Positions 27,320 to 36,908 of a stretch of 64,000 bases of DNA are shown here, piece after piece (position 1 is the stretch's first letter; every line of letters begins with the position of its first letter). Under the pieces are notes generated by a model, which had not been told where the DNA came from, searched no databases, and saw only the letters and a list, made by a program, of their open reading frames with translations. The stretch covers positions 3,392 through 67,391 of the forward strand of contig USAE01000001.1 of NCBI GenBank assembly GCA_900552655.1. The letters are read 5' to 3'. Source of the stretch: an uncultured Clostridium sp. GTDB taxonomy: Bacteria; Bacillota; Clostridia; TANB77; CAG-508. Made by a program: the position numbers and the translations under genes.

Positions 27320-29539
27320 CTATATCATTTTTAGTTTATATTCTAATCCTGTGTTTCTTATTTTGGTATCTGCATTTTGTATCATAAATTTTACTACATT
27401 ATCATTTCCAATTAGTATTAACAATTTTTTAGCTCTTGTTAAACCTGTATATAGTAAATTTCTTGTAAGTAGCATTGCAGAAGATTGTGTTACAACTACT
27501 ATTACAACATCAAATTCGCTCCCTTGTGCTTTGTGCACTGTTATAGCATATGCATGTTCTATTTGGTCCATATCAGAAAATGCATACCATGCTTCCTTTT
27601 CATCATCAAATAATATTTTTATTTGTTTATTTATAAAATCTATTTTTACTATTTTCCCAATTTCACCATTAAATATGCCTGTTCCCGTTTCATAGTTTAA
27701 GCTAAGAGTATTTCCTTTCTCCCAATATATGTCGTAATTATTTTTAACTTGCATTACTCTATCGCCTTCTCTAAAAATTATATCTCCAACCTTTTTTTCG
27801 TTTTTCTTATCATCTGATGGATTTAATTCTTCTTGTAACTTTTTATTTAGTTCTTTTGTTCCTAAGATTCCCTTTTTAGTTGGTGATAAAATTTGAATAT
27901 TTTCGAAAAAATTATAATTGCCAAAATTCTCTAATCTTCCTTTACATAAAGAAATCAACTGTGCAAGCATTACATCTTGACTTTTTTCTTTTATATAAAA
28001 AAAGTCATCTTTTAAGTCTTTTTGTTCTTCTTTTTCTAAAAAATATTCTCCATCATTTACTCTGTGTGAATTAACAATTATTTTACTTTGTGCTGCTTGC
28101 CTAAAAATCTCATCTAAAAATATAGTCTTTATTCTTTCTGAATTTATAATATCCTTTAAAACACTACCCGGTCCAACAGATGGTAATTGGTCTGTATCTC
28201 CTACTAATATAAGTTTAGTTCCTTGGTATATTCCATTTAGCAAGTAATTCATTAGATAAATATCTACCATTGATGCTTCATCTACTATTATTACATCTGC
28301 ATCTATTGGAGCAACTTCATAATTCATAATTGTAAATTCATTTTCTTTTTCTATTTTTCCTATTTCTAGCAATCTATGTAATGTTTTTGATTCTTCACCT
28401 GTCATTTCTGTCATTCTTTTTGCAGCTCGTCCAGTTGGTGCACATAACACAACTTTTTTACCATGAGCTTTATAAATTTCTATTACATTTTTTATAATAG
28501 TAGTTTTTCCTGTTCCTGGACCTCCTGTTATTATTACAACATTATTAGAATTTACAGCTTGTATCGCTTCTTTCTGTTTAGAAGATAATTTTATATTCCC
28601 TACTTTTTCTATCTTTTCTAATTCTTCGTTAAAACCTGATATTTTTTTTATATTTTTTGCAGAATCTAATACTATTAACTTACTTGCAATATTTGCTTCT
28701 GCTTCATATAATTCTTTACTATAAACCCAATTTTCTTCTTCTCTTTTTTCTATAACAATTTCTTCCTTTACATTTAAATCTATTAAACAATGTTCTATAT
28801 CATCATATTCTACTTTTAAAAGATCTTTAACATATTTTATTAGGTTTTCTTCAAGTGTACAACAATGTCCATTATATGTAATTTTTAATAAGCTATATTT
28901 TATTCCACATTTAATTCTTTTGTAATTATTTATATCAAATCCATTTTCTAAAGCATATTTGTCTAATTTAGTAAAATCTACTCCTTTTACTAAATCTATT
29001 AAAATATATGGATTTTCTTCTATTTCATCTATTGTTTGTGGTCCTAATTTTTTGTATATATTTTTAGCATTGGCAGGGCTTATTCCAAAATTATCTAAAA
29101 AACCAACAATTTGCCAAAGCTCCCAGTTTTCTACAAAACATTGAGCCATTTCTATTGCTTTTTCCTTAGTTATACCCTTTATTTGTGTTAATTTTTCTGG
29201 TTCGAATTTGAATACATTTATTGTATCTTCTCCAAATAATTTTACTATTTTTTTTGCTGTTGCTGGTCCAATACCTTTAATTGTACCATTTGATAAGTAT
29301 TTTTCTAATGATTCTAATGTTTTTGGCATTATTTTTCCGAATGTTTCTACTTTAAATTGCATACCATATTCTTTGTGTGTAACAAAATTACCAATTACTT
29401 TTATGTAATCTCCCTCTACTAAAAATGGCATATATCCTACTATTGTAATTGTATCTTCTTCTGTTTCCAATATTCCTATTAAATAACTATTAACTTCATT
29501 TTGATATATTATTTCTGTTAGCTGTCCTGTAAGTTCCAC
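27320..29539 (-). CDS. recD2: ATP-dependent RecD-like DNA helicase (RecD2/YrrC family).
   Basis: 739 aa. Walker A VVIITGGPGTGKTT, LILVGDTDQLPSVGPG, and an N-terminal HhH region. Confidence 0.85.
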   Translation of the reverse strand: MELTGQLTEIIYQNEVNSYLIGILETEEDTITIVGYMPFLVEGDYIKVIGNFVTHKEYGMQFKVETFGKIMPKTLESLEKYLSNGTIKGIGPATAKKIVKLFGEDTINVFKFEPEKLTQIKGITKEKAIEMAQCFVENWELWQIVGFLDNFGISPANAKNIYKKLGPQTIDEIEENPYILIDLVKGVDFTKLDKYALENGFDINNYKRIKCGIKYSLLKITYNGHCCTLEENLIKYVKDLLKVEYDDIEHCLIDLNVKEEIVIEKREEENWVYSKELYEAEANIASKLIVLDSAKNIKKISGFNEELEKIEKVGNIKLSSKQKEAIQAVNSNNVVIITGGPGTGKTTIIKNVIEIYKAHGKKVVLCAPTGRAAKRMTEMTGEESKTLHRLLEIGKIEKENEFTIMNYEVAPIDADVIIVDEASMVDIYLMNYLLNGIYQGTKLILVGDTDQLPSVGPGSVLKDIINSERIKTIFLDEIFRQAAQSKIIVNSHRVNDGEYFLEKEEQKDLKDDFFYIKEKSQDVMLAQLISLCKGRLENFGNYNFFENIQILSPTKKGILGTKELNKKLQEELNPSDDKKNEKKVGDIIFREGDRVMQVKNNYDIYWEKGNTLSLNYETGTGIFNGEIGKIVKIDFINKQIKILFDDEKEAWYAFSDMDQIEHAYAITVHKAQGSEFDVVIVVVTQSSAMLLTRNLLYTGLTRAKKLLILIGNDNVVKFMIQNADTKIRNTGLEYKLKMI

Positions 29540-29615
29540 ATTTTACCTCTTTTCTATAGTTTTATTAAAACTAATAATGTAGCAATTTTATCACATTAGT
29601 AAAATATTAACAAAT

Positions 29616-29966
29616 TTATTTTGAAATTTCGTCCATTATTTCTTTACATTCGTTCCAATCTGAAGCTTTTATAAAATTATAGTCTTTAGATAATTTTGAA
29701 ATTATTTTATATGTATCATCATTAGAGTCTAAGTCTACCATTATTATTCCTTTACTTAATTCTTCTTTGCCATATAATAATTTACAAATTATATTTCTTG
29801 TAAAACATTCTATCTTTTCTTCTTGATTTTTCGCTGCTATTATTACATATATTCCATCTTGTTTAAATTTCGTACAAGAAAAATAATATCTTATTACTTT
29901 TGCAATCTCTATTAAACCATATAAAGCAAGCGTCCATAATATTGCATTTATTATAAATTCCTGCAT
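29616..29966 (-). CDS. Hypothetical small protein with an N-terminal TM helix.
   Basis: ORF of 116 aa with an RBS. No recognised domain. Confidence 0.4.
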   Translation of the reverse strand: MQEFIINAILWTLALYGLIEIAKVIRYYFSCTKFKQDGIYVIIAAKNQEEKIECFTRNIICKLLYGKEELSKGIIMVDLDSNDDTYKIISKLSKDYNFIKASDWNECKEIMDEISK

Positions 29967-30019
29967 AATATCACCTTCTTATATATTATATGATTTTTTT
30001 ATGTAATTGTGCTAATCTA

Positions 30020-30172
30020 AAAAGCGTACCTAAGCTTTTCTAGCAAATGTAAATTCTAAGAAAATCTAAGGTACGCCATAATTATCTAGTACAGAAATTT
30101 ATCCTACCAGGATAAATTTCTTACTATCTAAAAAAGCACTCTGCTAAAAAACAAAGTGCTACTATATATAAA
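30020..30172 (+). ncRNA. Copy 1 of a repeated approximately 150-nt structured element. It has hairpin 1 with an internal loop, a conserved CATAATT linker, a long hairpin 2, and a terminal hairpin. It is a candidate sRNA family.
   Basis: AAAAGCGTACCtaagcTTTTCTag..taAGAAAAtctaaGGTACGCcataatt atcTAGTACAGAAATTTATCCT-ACC-AGGATAAATTTCTTACTAtctaaaaaAGCACTctgctaaaaaacaaAGTGCT. Similar copies lie at 55446 and 58217, with compensatory stem changes between copies. Confidence 0.55.
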
Positions 30173-30211
30173 TGAAGAGGGCTATTCTTCTAAATTATAT
30201 TTCTAGTTTTA

Positions 30212-31216
30212 TTATTTTCTTGTTTTACCATCTAGAGCATCAAGATTATCTAATGCTTTACCTGTTCCTAATGCTACACAAGAAATAGCATCTTCAGCTA
30301 TCATTACATTTATTCCTGTCTTTTCTTGTAATAGTTTGTCTAGTCCATCTACTAAACAACCTCCACCTGTCATATATATACCTCTATCGCTTATATCTGC
30401 TGCAAGCTCTGGTGGTGTTTTTTCTAGTACTGAATGTACTGCATCTACTATCATCATTGCTGGTTCTATTAAAGCTTCTAGCATTTCGCTAGAATATACT
30501 GTAATTGTTTTTGGCAAACCTGTTGATAAATCTCTACCTCTTATATCCATCTCTACATCTTGTATTTTTGGATATACACATCCTATATTTATTTTTAAGT
30601 CTTCTGCTGTTCTTTCGCCTATCATTATATTATGTTTTCTTTTTATATATCTTACTATTGCTTCATCTAGTTTATCTCCTGCTATTTTTAAAGATGTACT
30701 TACAACTGATCCACCTAAAGAAATTACAGCAACATCTGTTGTTCCTCCACCAATGTCTACAATCATATTACCATATGGCTTAGATATGTCTATTCCTGCA
30801 CCAATTGCTGCTGCTATTGGTTCTTCTATTAAATACACTTTACGAGCTCCTGCTTGTGATGCTGCATCTATTACTGCTCTTTTTTCTACTTCAGTTACTT
30901 GAGAAGGTATACATATCATAATTCTTGGTGCAAATATAAATTTTCCACACACTTTATTTATAAAATATTTTAACATTTTTTCTGTTACTGTGTAATCTGA
31001 TATTACTCCATCTCTTAATGGTCTAGTGGCCACGATATTCCCTGGAGTTCTTCCTAACATTCTTCTCGCTTCTTGACCCACAGCAAGAACATCTCCAGAA
31101 ATTTTATCTACAGCAACAACTGCAGGCTCTCTTAAAACTATACCTTTGCCTTTTACATATGCAATTACTGTAGCTGTACCTAAATCTATTCCTATATCTT
31201 GACCAAAACCAAACAT
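30212..31216 (-). CDS. mreB: MreB/Mbl actin-like rod-shape protein.
   Basis: MFGFGQDIGIDLGTATVIAYVKGKGIVLREPAVVAV...DIGGGTTDVAVISLGG, the canonical MreB family. Confidence 0.9.
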   Translation of the reverse strand: MFGFGQDIGIDLGTATVIAYVKGKGIVLREPAVVAVDKISGDVLAVGQEARRMLGRTPGNIVATRPLRDGVISDYTVTEKMLKYFINKVCGKFIFAPRIMICIPSQVTEVEKRAVIDAASQAGARKVYLIEEPIAAAIGAGIDISKPYGNMIVDIGGGTTDVAVISLGGSVVSTSLKIAGDKLDEAIVRYIKRKHNIMIGERTAEDLKINIGCVYPKIQDVEMDIRGRDLSTGLPKTITVYSSEMLEALIEPAMMIVDAVHSVLEKTPPELAADISDRGIYMTGGGCLVDGLDKLLQEKTGINVMIAEDAISCVALGTGKALDNLDALDGKTRK

Positions 31217-31445
31217 TAATATTCTCCTTTTCTTTTATTATTACAAGTCTGTTACGATTATATTACAAAAGATTAAAAATAGCAATAAAAATATTTATAT
31301 ATTTTAAATATTTTTATTGCTTAAATTATATTACAATTTTATTTGTAAAATTTCAAGTACTTTTCATATGTTTAACATATTTGTTTAAGGATAAATGTGT
31401 TTTTATTTTATATCGTTGCATTTTACTTTTTACTTAATTAATTAT

Positions 31446-31958
31446 TTAAAAAGGAAATATTCCAAATAAATATCCCACTGGCATATAATAAATTACAATT
31501 AATCCTCCTACTACAAGAGCTAATTTTTCTGTTTGTGTAAGCTCTATATCCATTGGATTTAGTAAATAATCTGGTGCTGTATCAGACATAGAAATTTCTA
31601 TTCTTTCTGTTCCCTCACATTTATATTTTATTGTAAAATATTGACTTTCATTTGGCTCTAATTTAAATATTTTTGCATAACCAGTATTTATATTATTTTC
31701 ATATTCTGAGTAACAATCTAGCTTTATATATTTATTTTCTATAGTGCTTCCTGTTGTATTTGTTATATTCCCATATATGTATCCATTTGCATTTGTAGCT
31801 TTAGAATCTATTATTTCTATTTTTGGATTTTCGAATAATATTCTACATTCTTTTGGTTTATACATTGATATTATTAATAATTTTGAAACTATAGAAACTA
31901 AAATAAATACTCCTACTAATGCTAATGCATATTTAATGTATGTTTTAAATTTATCCAT
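31446..31958 (-). CDS. Hypothetical membrane protein, with an N-terminal TM, a beta-rich ectodomain and a C-terminal TM.
   Basis: 170 aa. No recognised motif. Confidence 0.4.
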   Translation of the reverse strand: MDKFKTYIKYALALVGVFILVSIVSKLLIISMYKPKECRILFENPKIEIIDSKATNANGYIYGNITNTTGSTIENKYIKLDCYSEYENNINTGYAKIFKLEPNESQYFTIKYKCEGTERIEISMSDTAPDYLLNPMDIELTQTEKLALVVGGLIVIYYMPVGYLFGIFPF

Positions 31959-32152
31959 TTTTTGCTCCTTTTTATTTTTTCCATTATATTATATAACAGT
32001 ATACATAAATTGTAAATATAATATTATATAAATTCACCTATTATAACATATTTTTTCTAATTATGTAATTTTTTTAATCCAATTGATATAAGCAAAAAAA
32101 GAGTTTCTTTTTACTTTTTTACTTGTAAATTGAAACTCTTTTTATTTTTAGA

Positions 32153-33607
32153 TTATATTTTTAATATTCCACCAACTGTTTTATTAACAGCATATTTTGC
32201 TTTTTCTTTGCTAATTATTTGTGGACCTCCACATAAAACAGCTGTGTCTCCTTCTTCTAAATTTCCTAATTCTATTAATTTTGCAATACCTTTTTCAATT
32301 GTGTCATCTATATCTGCTCCATCTTCTACTAAAATTGGATATACATTCCATACTGGACCTAATTGGTTATATACTTTTTCTGAATCTGTTATAGCAAATA
32401 TTGGGCAAGCTGCTCCATAACCTGCTAATCTTCTTGCTGAATTTCCTGTATGTGTGTAGTCTATTATAGCATCTGCTTTAATATCTCTTGCTGTAACACA
32501 TGTTGTATATGCTGCATGTGATTCTATATCTGCTTCTGCAACATTCCAATCTTTTTTAGTAAATCTCTTCCAGTAATTTATTGTAGGCTCTACACTTTTT
32601 GCAATTTTTACCATTGCATTAACACAATCTAAAGGATAATCTCCCATAGCTGTTTCACCTGAAAGCATTATACAACCTGTACGATCATAAATAGCGTTTG
32701 CTACGTCACTTACTTCTGCTCTTGTTGGTAATGGATTGTTTGTCATGCTTTCTAACATTTGTGTAGCTGTTATTACTAATTTTCCTTCTTCGTTACATCT
32801 TTTTATAAATCTTTTTTGTACAACTGGTACTTGTTCGAATGGAACTTCTACAGCCATATCACCACGAGCTACCATTATACCATCACAAGCTGCTAAAATT
32901 TCTTCGAAGTTATCGATTCCTTCTTGGTTTTCTATTTTAGCTAAAATTTTAACGTCTTGTCCTCCGTTATCATCTAATACTTTACGCATTTCTGCTATAT
33001 CTTCTTTTGTTCTTACAAAAGATGCAGCAACATAATCAAATCCTACTCTTGCTCCATTTGATAAATCATTTATATCTTTAGGACTTAAGAATGGTATTTT
33101 TACAGAAACACCTGGTACATTTATACTTTTTCTTGAACCAGCTCCTCCATCATTTAATACTGTTCCTACGATATCTTTTCCTACTATTTCGTCTACTCTT
33201 ACTTGAATTTTACCATCATCAATTAAAATTAAGTTTCCTGGTTTTACATCTTTATATAAGTCTTTGTAAGATAAAGATGTTCCCTCTTCATCTCCTAATC
33301 TATCTTCATAGAAGAATGTATATTTTTGTCCTTCTTTTAATTGTACTTTTACATCTCTTCCTACTTTATTTAACGCTGTTCTAATTTCTGGTCCTTTTGT
33401 ATCTAACATTACAGAAACTGGTAGACCTAATTCTTTTCTTATTTCAAAAAATCTTGCTATTTTGTCTTTTTGTTCCTCATAATCTCCATGAGAAAAATTG
33501 ATTCTTGCAATAGACATTCCAGCTTTCATTAATTCATCCATTCTATTTTCTACTGCTGGTCCTATTGTACATACAATATTTGTTTTTCTTAAATTTCTTT
33601 CTTTCAA
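32153..33607 (-). CDS. pyk: Pyruvate kinase.
   Basis: MKERNLRKTNIVCTIGPAVENRMDELMKAGMSIARINFSHGDYEEQ...VSVMLDTKGPEIRT...MVARGDMAVE. PK family signature. Confidence 0.9.
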   Translation of the reverse strand: MKERNLRKTNIVCTIGPAVENRMDELMKAGMSIARINFSHGDYEEQKDKIARFFEIRKELGLPVSVMLDTKGPEIRTALNKVGRDVKVQLKEGQKYTFFYEDRLGDEEGTSLSYKDLYKDVKPGNLILIDDGKIQVRVDEIVGKDIVGTVLNDGGAGSRKSINVPGVSVKIPFLSPKDINDLSNGARVGFDYVAASFVRTKEDIAEMRKVLDDNGGQDVKILAKIENQEGIDNFEEILAACDGIMVARGDMAVEVPFEQVPVVQKRFIKRCNEEGKLVITATQMLESMTNNPLPTRAEVSDVANAIYDRTGCIMLSGETAMGDYPLDCVNAMVKIAKSVEPTINYWKRFTKKDWNVAEADIESHAAYTTCVTARDIKADAIIDYTHTGNSARRLAGYGAACPIFAITDSEKVYNQLGPVWNVYPILVEDGADIDDTIEKGIAKLIELGNLEEGDTAVLCGGPQIISKEKAKYAVNKTVGGILKI

Positions 33608-33687
33608 AATAATTACCTCCTAGAATTGACACTATTTAGTATTATAGCATATATTTTTCGCCTTAACAATACATTTTTCTACATTTT

Positions 33688-34791
33688 TTAATTTTTATTT
33701 AGTGCTTCATCCATAACTTTACTTAAATACTTCATGCTGTTTAAACATTGCTCCATTGTGTTTCCTGTAGCACCTATTTCCATTATTGTTGCTGCTTTTG
33801 CTACATGTTGGTTATATCTTGAATTTCTTACCATTATTGGTTTAAACAAGCCTGGATATAGTTCATTTCCTTTTTGTACAATTTTTATAGCAAATTTTAA
33901 ATTTTGAACCCAATCTTTATGTGTAAGACCTCCTCCATCTGTTCCTATTACAAACATTATTTGTGCTACATAATCATCTCCTATTTTTACAGTAGGTGCA
34001 TATTTTCCTCCTTCTCCTACTGCATCTCTATGTAAATCTATAACAATTTGCGTATTTGGATTTGCTACTAAATCATTTTTTATGCTAGTAAGTGATCTAT
34101 TATAAGATCCACTATACGCAGGATAATCGTGATATGTTTCATTATGTAGAACATTAAATCCATAATTTGTTAGCCTATTCTTTAATTCTCTACCAGCTCT
34201 AACAACAGAAAAATTTAAATCTGTTGTTCTAAAATTACCACTTGGCGTATATTCAAAACCTGCACTTTGTGTATAACTTTCACAAGTATGTGTATGATAA
34301 ATAATAATATCTTTTTTATTTTCTAAATTTATATTTGGTGTTAACATATCTTCTGTTAATTCATATTTAGACTCATTTTTTATCTGAACTCCATTGTATT
34401 CATTTGTATATTTATTATTTATATTTCCTCCAGATATGATTTCTGTTCCTACTCCTGTTTTAGCCTCTTCTATTTTTTCTTCTTCTTTTGCTATTTTTAC
34501 TTCATTATTTTCCGGCACTTCTTTTGGTATTTCTTTTTCTTTTATATATTTACTCATTTGCAGTTCTGAAGCTAATATTTTCTCTGTATTATCCCTATCC
34601 ATACTTTTAAATTCTTTTAATGAGTTTCCATTTGCTAAGATTATTGTATCTTCTATTAAAGGTACTAATGATACTTCTTTTATTTTGTTTTTTCCTATTA
34701 CTATTATTTTAATAAGACTCATTAATAAAAATGCTATTATTCCAAAGGATATAATAGCATTTTTCGCTTTTATTACTTTTACATTCACCAT
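33688..34791 (-). CDS. spoIIP: Stage II sporulation protein P (SpoIIP) family.
   Basis: ...IIIYHTHTCESYTQS...IVIDLHRDAV...ATIMEIGATGNTMEQ..., the SpoIIP hallmark motifs, plus an N-terminal TM. Confidence 0.8.
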   Translation of the reverse strand: MVNVKVIKAKNAIISFGIIAFLLMSLIKIIVIGKNKIKEVSLVPLIEDTIILANGNSLKEFKSMDRDNTEKILASELQMSKYIKEKEIPKEVPENNEVKIAKEEEKIEEAKTGVGTEIISGGNINNKYTNEYNGVQIKNESKYELTEDMLTPNINLENKKDIIIYHTHTCESYTQSAGFEYTPSGNFRTTDLNFSVVRAGRELKNRLTNYGFNVLHNETYHDYPAYSGSYNRSLTSIKNDLVANPNTQIVIDLHRDAVGEGGKYAPTVKIGDDYVAQIMFVIGTDGGGLTHKDWVQNLKFAIKIVQKGNELYPGLFKPIMVRNSRYNQHVAKAATIMEIGATGNTMEQCLNSMKYLSKVMDEALNKN

Positions 34792-34912
34792 AAATTCTTT
34801 TCACCCTTGTATATATATAATTAATATATATTCCACTCACTTAAAAAATATGACAAATCTTACATAATATTTTATTAAATTTTTTACTACATATGAAAGC
34901 TAACAATGTGAA

Positions 34913-36238
34913 TTATTTGTTTATATTTTTAACTATTTCTTCTGCTTGCATATTAATTTCTTTTTCTTCACCAGTTTTCATGTTTTTTAATTTAATTTTA
35001 TTTAATCTAATTTCGTCATCTCCTACAACAATTACATATGGTATTTCTAATTTATCTGCATATTTAAATTTTGCTTTTAATTTTTTATTATTTAAATATA
35101 TTTCTGTATTTACTCCTAATTTTCTTATTTCTGTAGATAATTTTATTGGCTCTTCTAAGTTTTCTGTTAAAGGAATAATTAAAACATCTGAAATAGATTT
35201 CTTTTCTGCTTTAATTATATTTAATTCATTTAATTTATAAAATAATCTAGTAAGCCCAATAGAAATTCCTACTCCTGGTAAACTTTTTTCTGTGTAATAT
35301 TCTGCTAAATTTTCGTATCTACCTCCAGAGCATACACTTCCTAGCTCTCTGTAATCATTTAAAAATGTTTCATATACTGTTCCTGTATAATAATCTAATC
35401 CTCTAGCAATTGTTAAATCTACTTTAAAATTATCCTCTGGAACACCAAATAATCTTACATTTTTTACTACTGTTTTTAATTCTTCTAAACCTTTTTTATA
35501 AACATCATTATTTATTCCTAAATTTTCTAATTTTTCTATCTTTTCATTTGAAGTTCCTTCTATTTCTATAAAATCTATTATAAATTTTATTTGTTGTTCT
35601 TCTACGCCTATTTTTTGTAGTTCTTCTATTACAGCATCTTTTCCTATTTTGTCTATTTTATCTATAATTCTTAAAATTTCTGTAGAATTTTCTTTTTGGT
35701 CTATTCCTTCGAACAATCCATTTAAAATTTTTCTATTATTTATTTTAATTGTAAAATCTTCAAATCCTAATTCTCTAAAAAGATTGTAAATAACGCTTGG
35801 TATTTCTGCATCATTTATTAAGTCTAGTTCTCCATCACCTATTATGTCTATATCACATTGGTAAAATTCTCTATATCTACCCTTTTGTGCACGTTCACCT
35901 CTATATACTTTTCCTATTTGATATCTTCTAAATGGAAAACTTAAACTTCCATAATTTTTAGCCACATATTTAGCAAGTGGTACTGTTAAGTCAAACCTTA
36001 AAGCTAAATCATTTTCACCTTTTTGAACTCTATATATTTGCTTTTCTGTTTCTCCTCCTGCTTTTGCAAGTAAAACTTCTGCTGATTCAATTATTGGTGT
36101 ATCTAATGGTAAAAAACCAAATTTTTCATATATCTTTTGAATTTTCTCTTTCATCTGGTTAAACAATATTTGTTCATTTGGTAGTAATTCCATAAAACCA
36201 GATAATGTTCTTGGCTCTATTCTTTCCATATTTTTCAC
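34913..36238 (-). CDS. hisS: Histidine--tRNA ligase.
   Basis: 441 aa. Class II motif 2 FRRYQIGKVYRGERAQKGRYREFYQCDIDIIG, an HGTP anticodon-binding C-terminal domain. The genomic context recJ-relA-MBL-hisS is typical. Confidence 0.85.
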   Translation of the reverse strand: MKNMERIEPRTLSGFMELLPNEQILFNQMKEKIQKIYEKFGFLPLDTPIIESAEVLLAKAGGETEKQIYRVQKGENDLALRFDLTVPLAKYVAKNYGSLSFPFRRYQIGKVYRGERAQKGRYREFYQCDIDIIGDGELDLINDAEIPSVIYNLFRELGFEDFTIKINNRKILNGLFEGIDQKENSTEILRIIDKIDKIGKDAVIEELQKIGVEEQQIKFIIDFIEIEGTSNEKIEKLENLGINNDVYKKGLEELKTVVKNVRLFGVPEDNFKVDLTIARGLDYYTGTVYETFLNDYRELGSVCSGGRYENLAEYYTEKSLPGVGISIGLTRLFYKLNELNIIKAEKKSISDVLIIPLTENLEEPIKLSTEIRKLGVNTEIYLNNKKLKAKFKYADKLEIPYVIVVGDDEIRLNKIKLKNMKTGEEKEINMQAEEIVKNINK

Positions 36239-36250
36239 TCCTTATTTTAT

Positions 36251-36898
36251 TTAGTCTATATTTGGTTTTGCTTCCAAATATATTGGCTTTTCATCTCCTA
36301 TTCTAGTTGGTCTACCATGGCCTGGGTATACTATTGTTTCTTCTGGCAATATTAGTAATTTCTCTATTATAGAATTCATAATATCATCAAAATTACTTGT
36401 TGGTAAATCTACTCTGCCCCATGCACCCTTAAATAAGGTATCACCTGAAAATAACATACCCTCTTTTTTACAATAAAGAGATGTTCCATCATTTGTGTGC
36501 CCTGGTGTATGGATAACTTTAAATTCTATATCTCCTACATGTAAAACATCTTCATCATCTACAATAGTATCTTCTTTTACATTTAATGGTGGTATTCCAA
36601 TATAATCTGAAAGTATAGGTGTTCCATTTTCTAGGTTTTCTCTTCCGTTTCTATGAATTAAAACTTTACCACCTTTACTATTTTTTAGTTCGTTTACTCC
36701 ATTAATATGGTCTGCATGGCAATGCGTTAAATATATGTATTTTAATTTTACGTCCAAATTTTCTAAAATTTCTACTATTTTTGGTACATTGCCAGCTGGA
36801 TCTATTACTATTGCTTCTTTCTTTTTTTCGTCTATAACAATATAACAATTAGTTTCTCCTACAAACTTCATTTGTACTTTTATTCTTTTTAGTATCAT
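36251..36898 (-). CDS. MBL-fold metallo-hydrolase.
   Basis: LTHCHADHINGVNELK, the HxHxDH motif, with downstream H and D ligands. Confidence 0.8.
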   Translation of the reverse strand: MILKRIKVQMKFVGETNCYIVIDEKKKEAIVIDPAGNVPKIVEILENLDVKLKYIYLTHCHADHINGVNELKNSKGGKVLIHRNGRENLENGTPILSDYIGIPPLNVKEDTIVDDEDVLHVGDIEFKVIHTPGHTNDGTSLYCKKEGMLFSGDTLFKGAWGRVDLPTSNFDDIMNSIIEKLLILPEETIVYPGHGRPTRIGDEKPIYLEAKPNID

Positions 36899-36908
36899 AA
36901 AAACTCCT

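Noticed and set aside
30170-30193. Tiny ORF ATGAAGAGGGCTATTCTTCTAA (MKRAILL) at the 3' end of repeat copy 1.
   Set aside because: It is 7 codons long, not conserved in the other two copies, and has no RBS.
34792-34912. Possible sigma-E type promoter upstream of spoIIP (TCATATT ... GAATATAT).
   Set aside because: The match to the sigma-E -10 (CATACA-T) is poor and the spacing is ambiguous. The evidence is too weak to call a promoter without experimental data.
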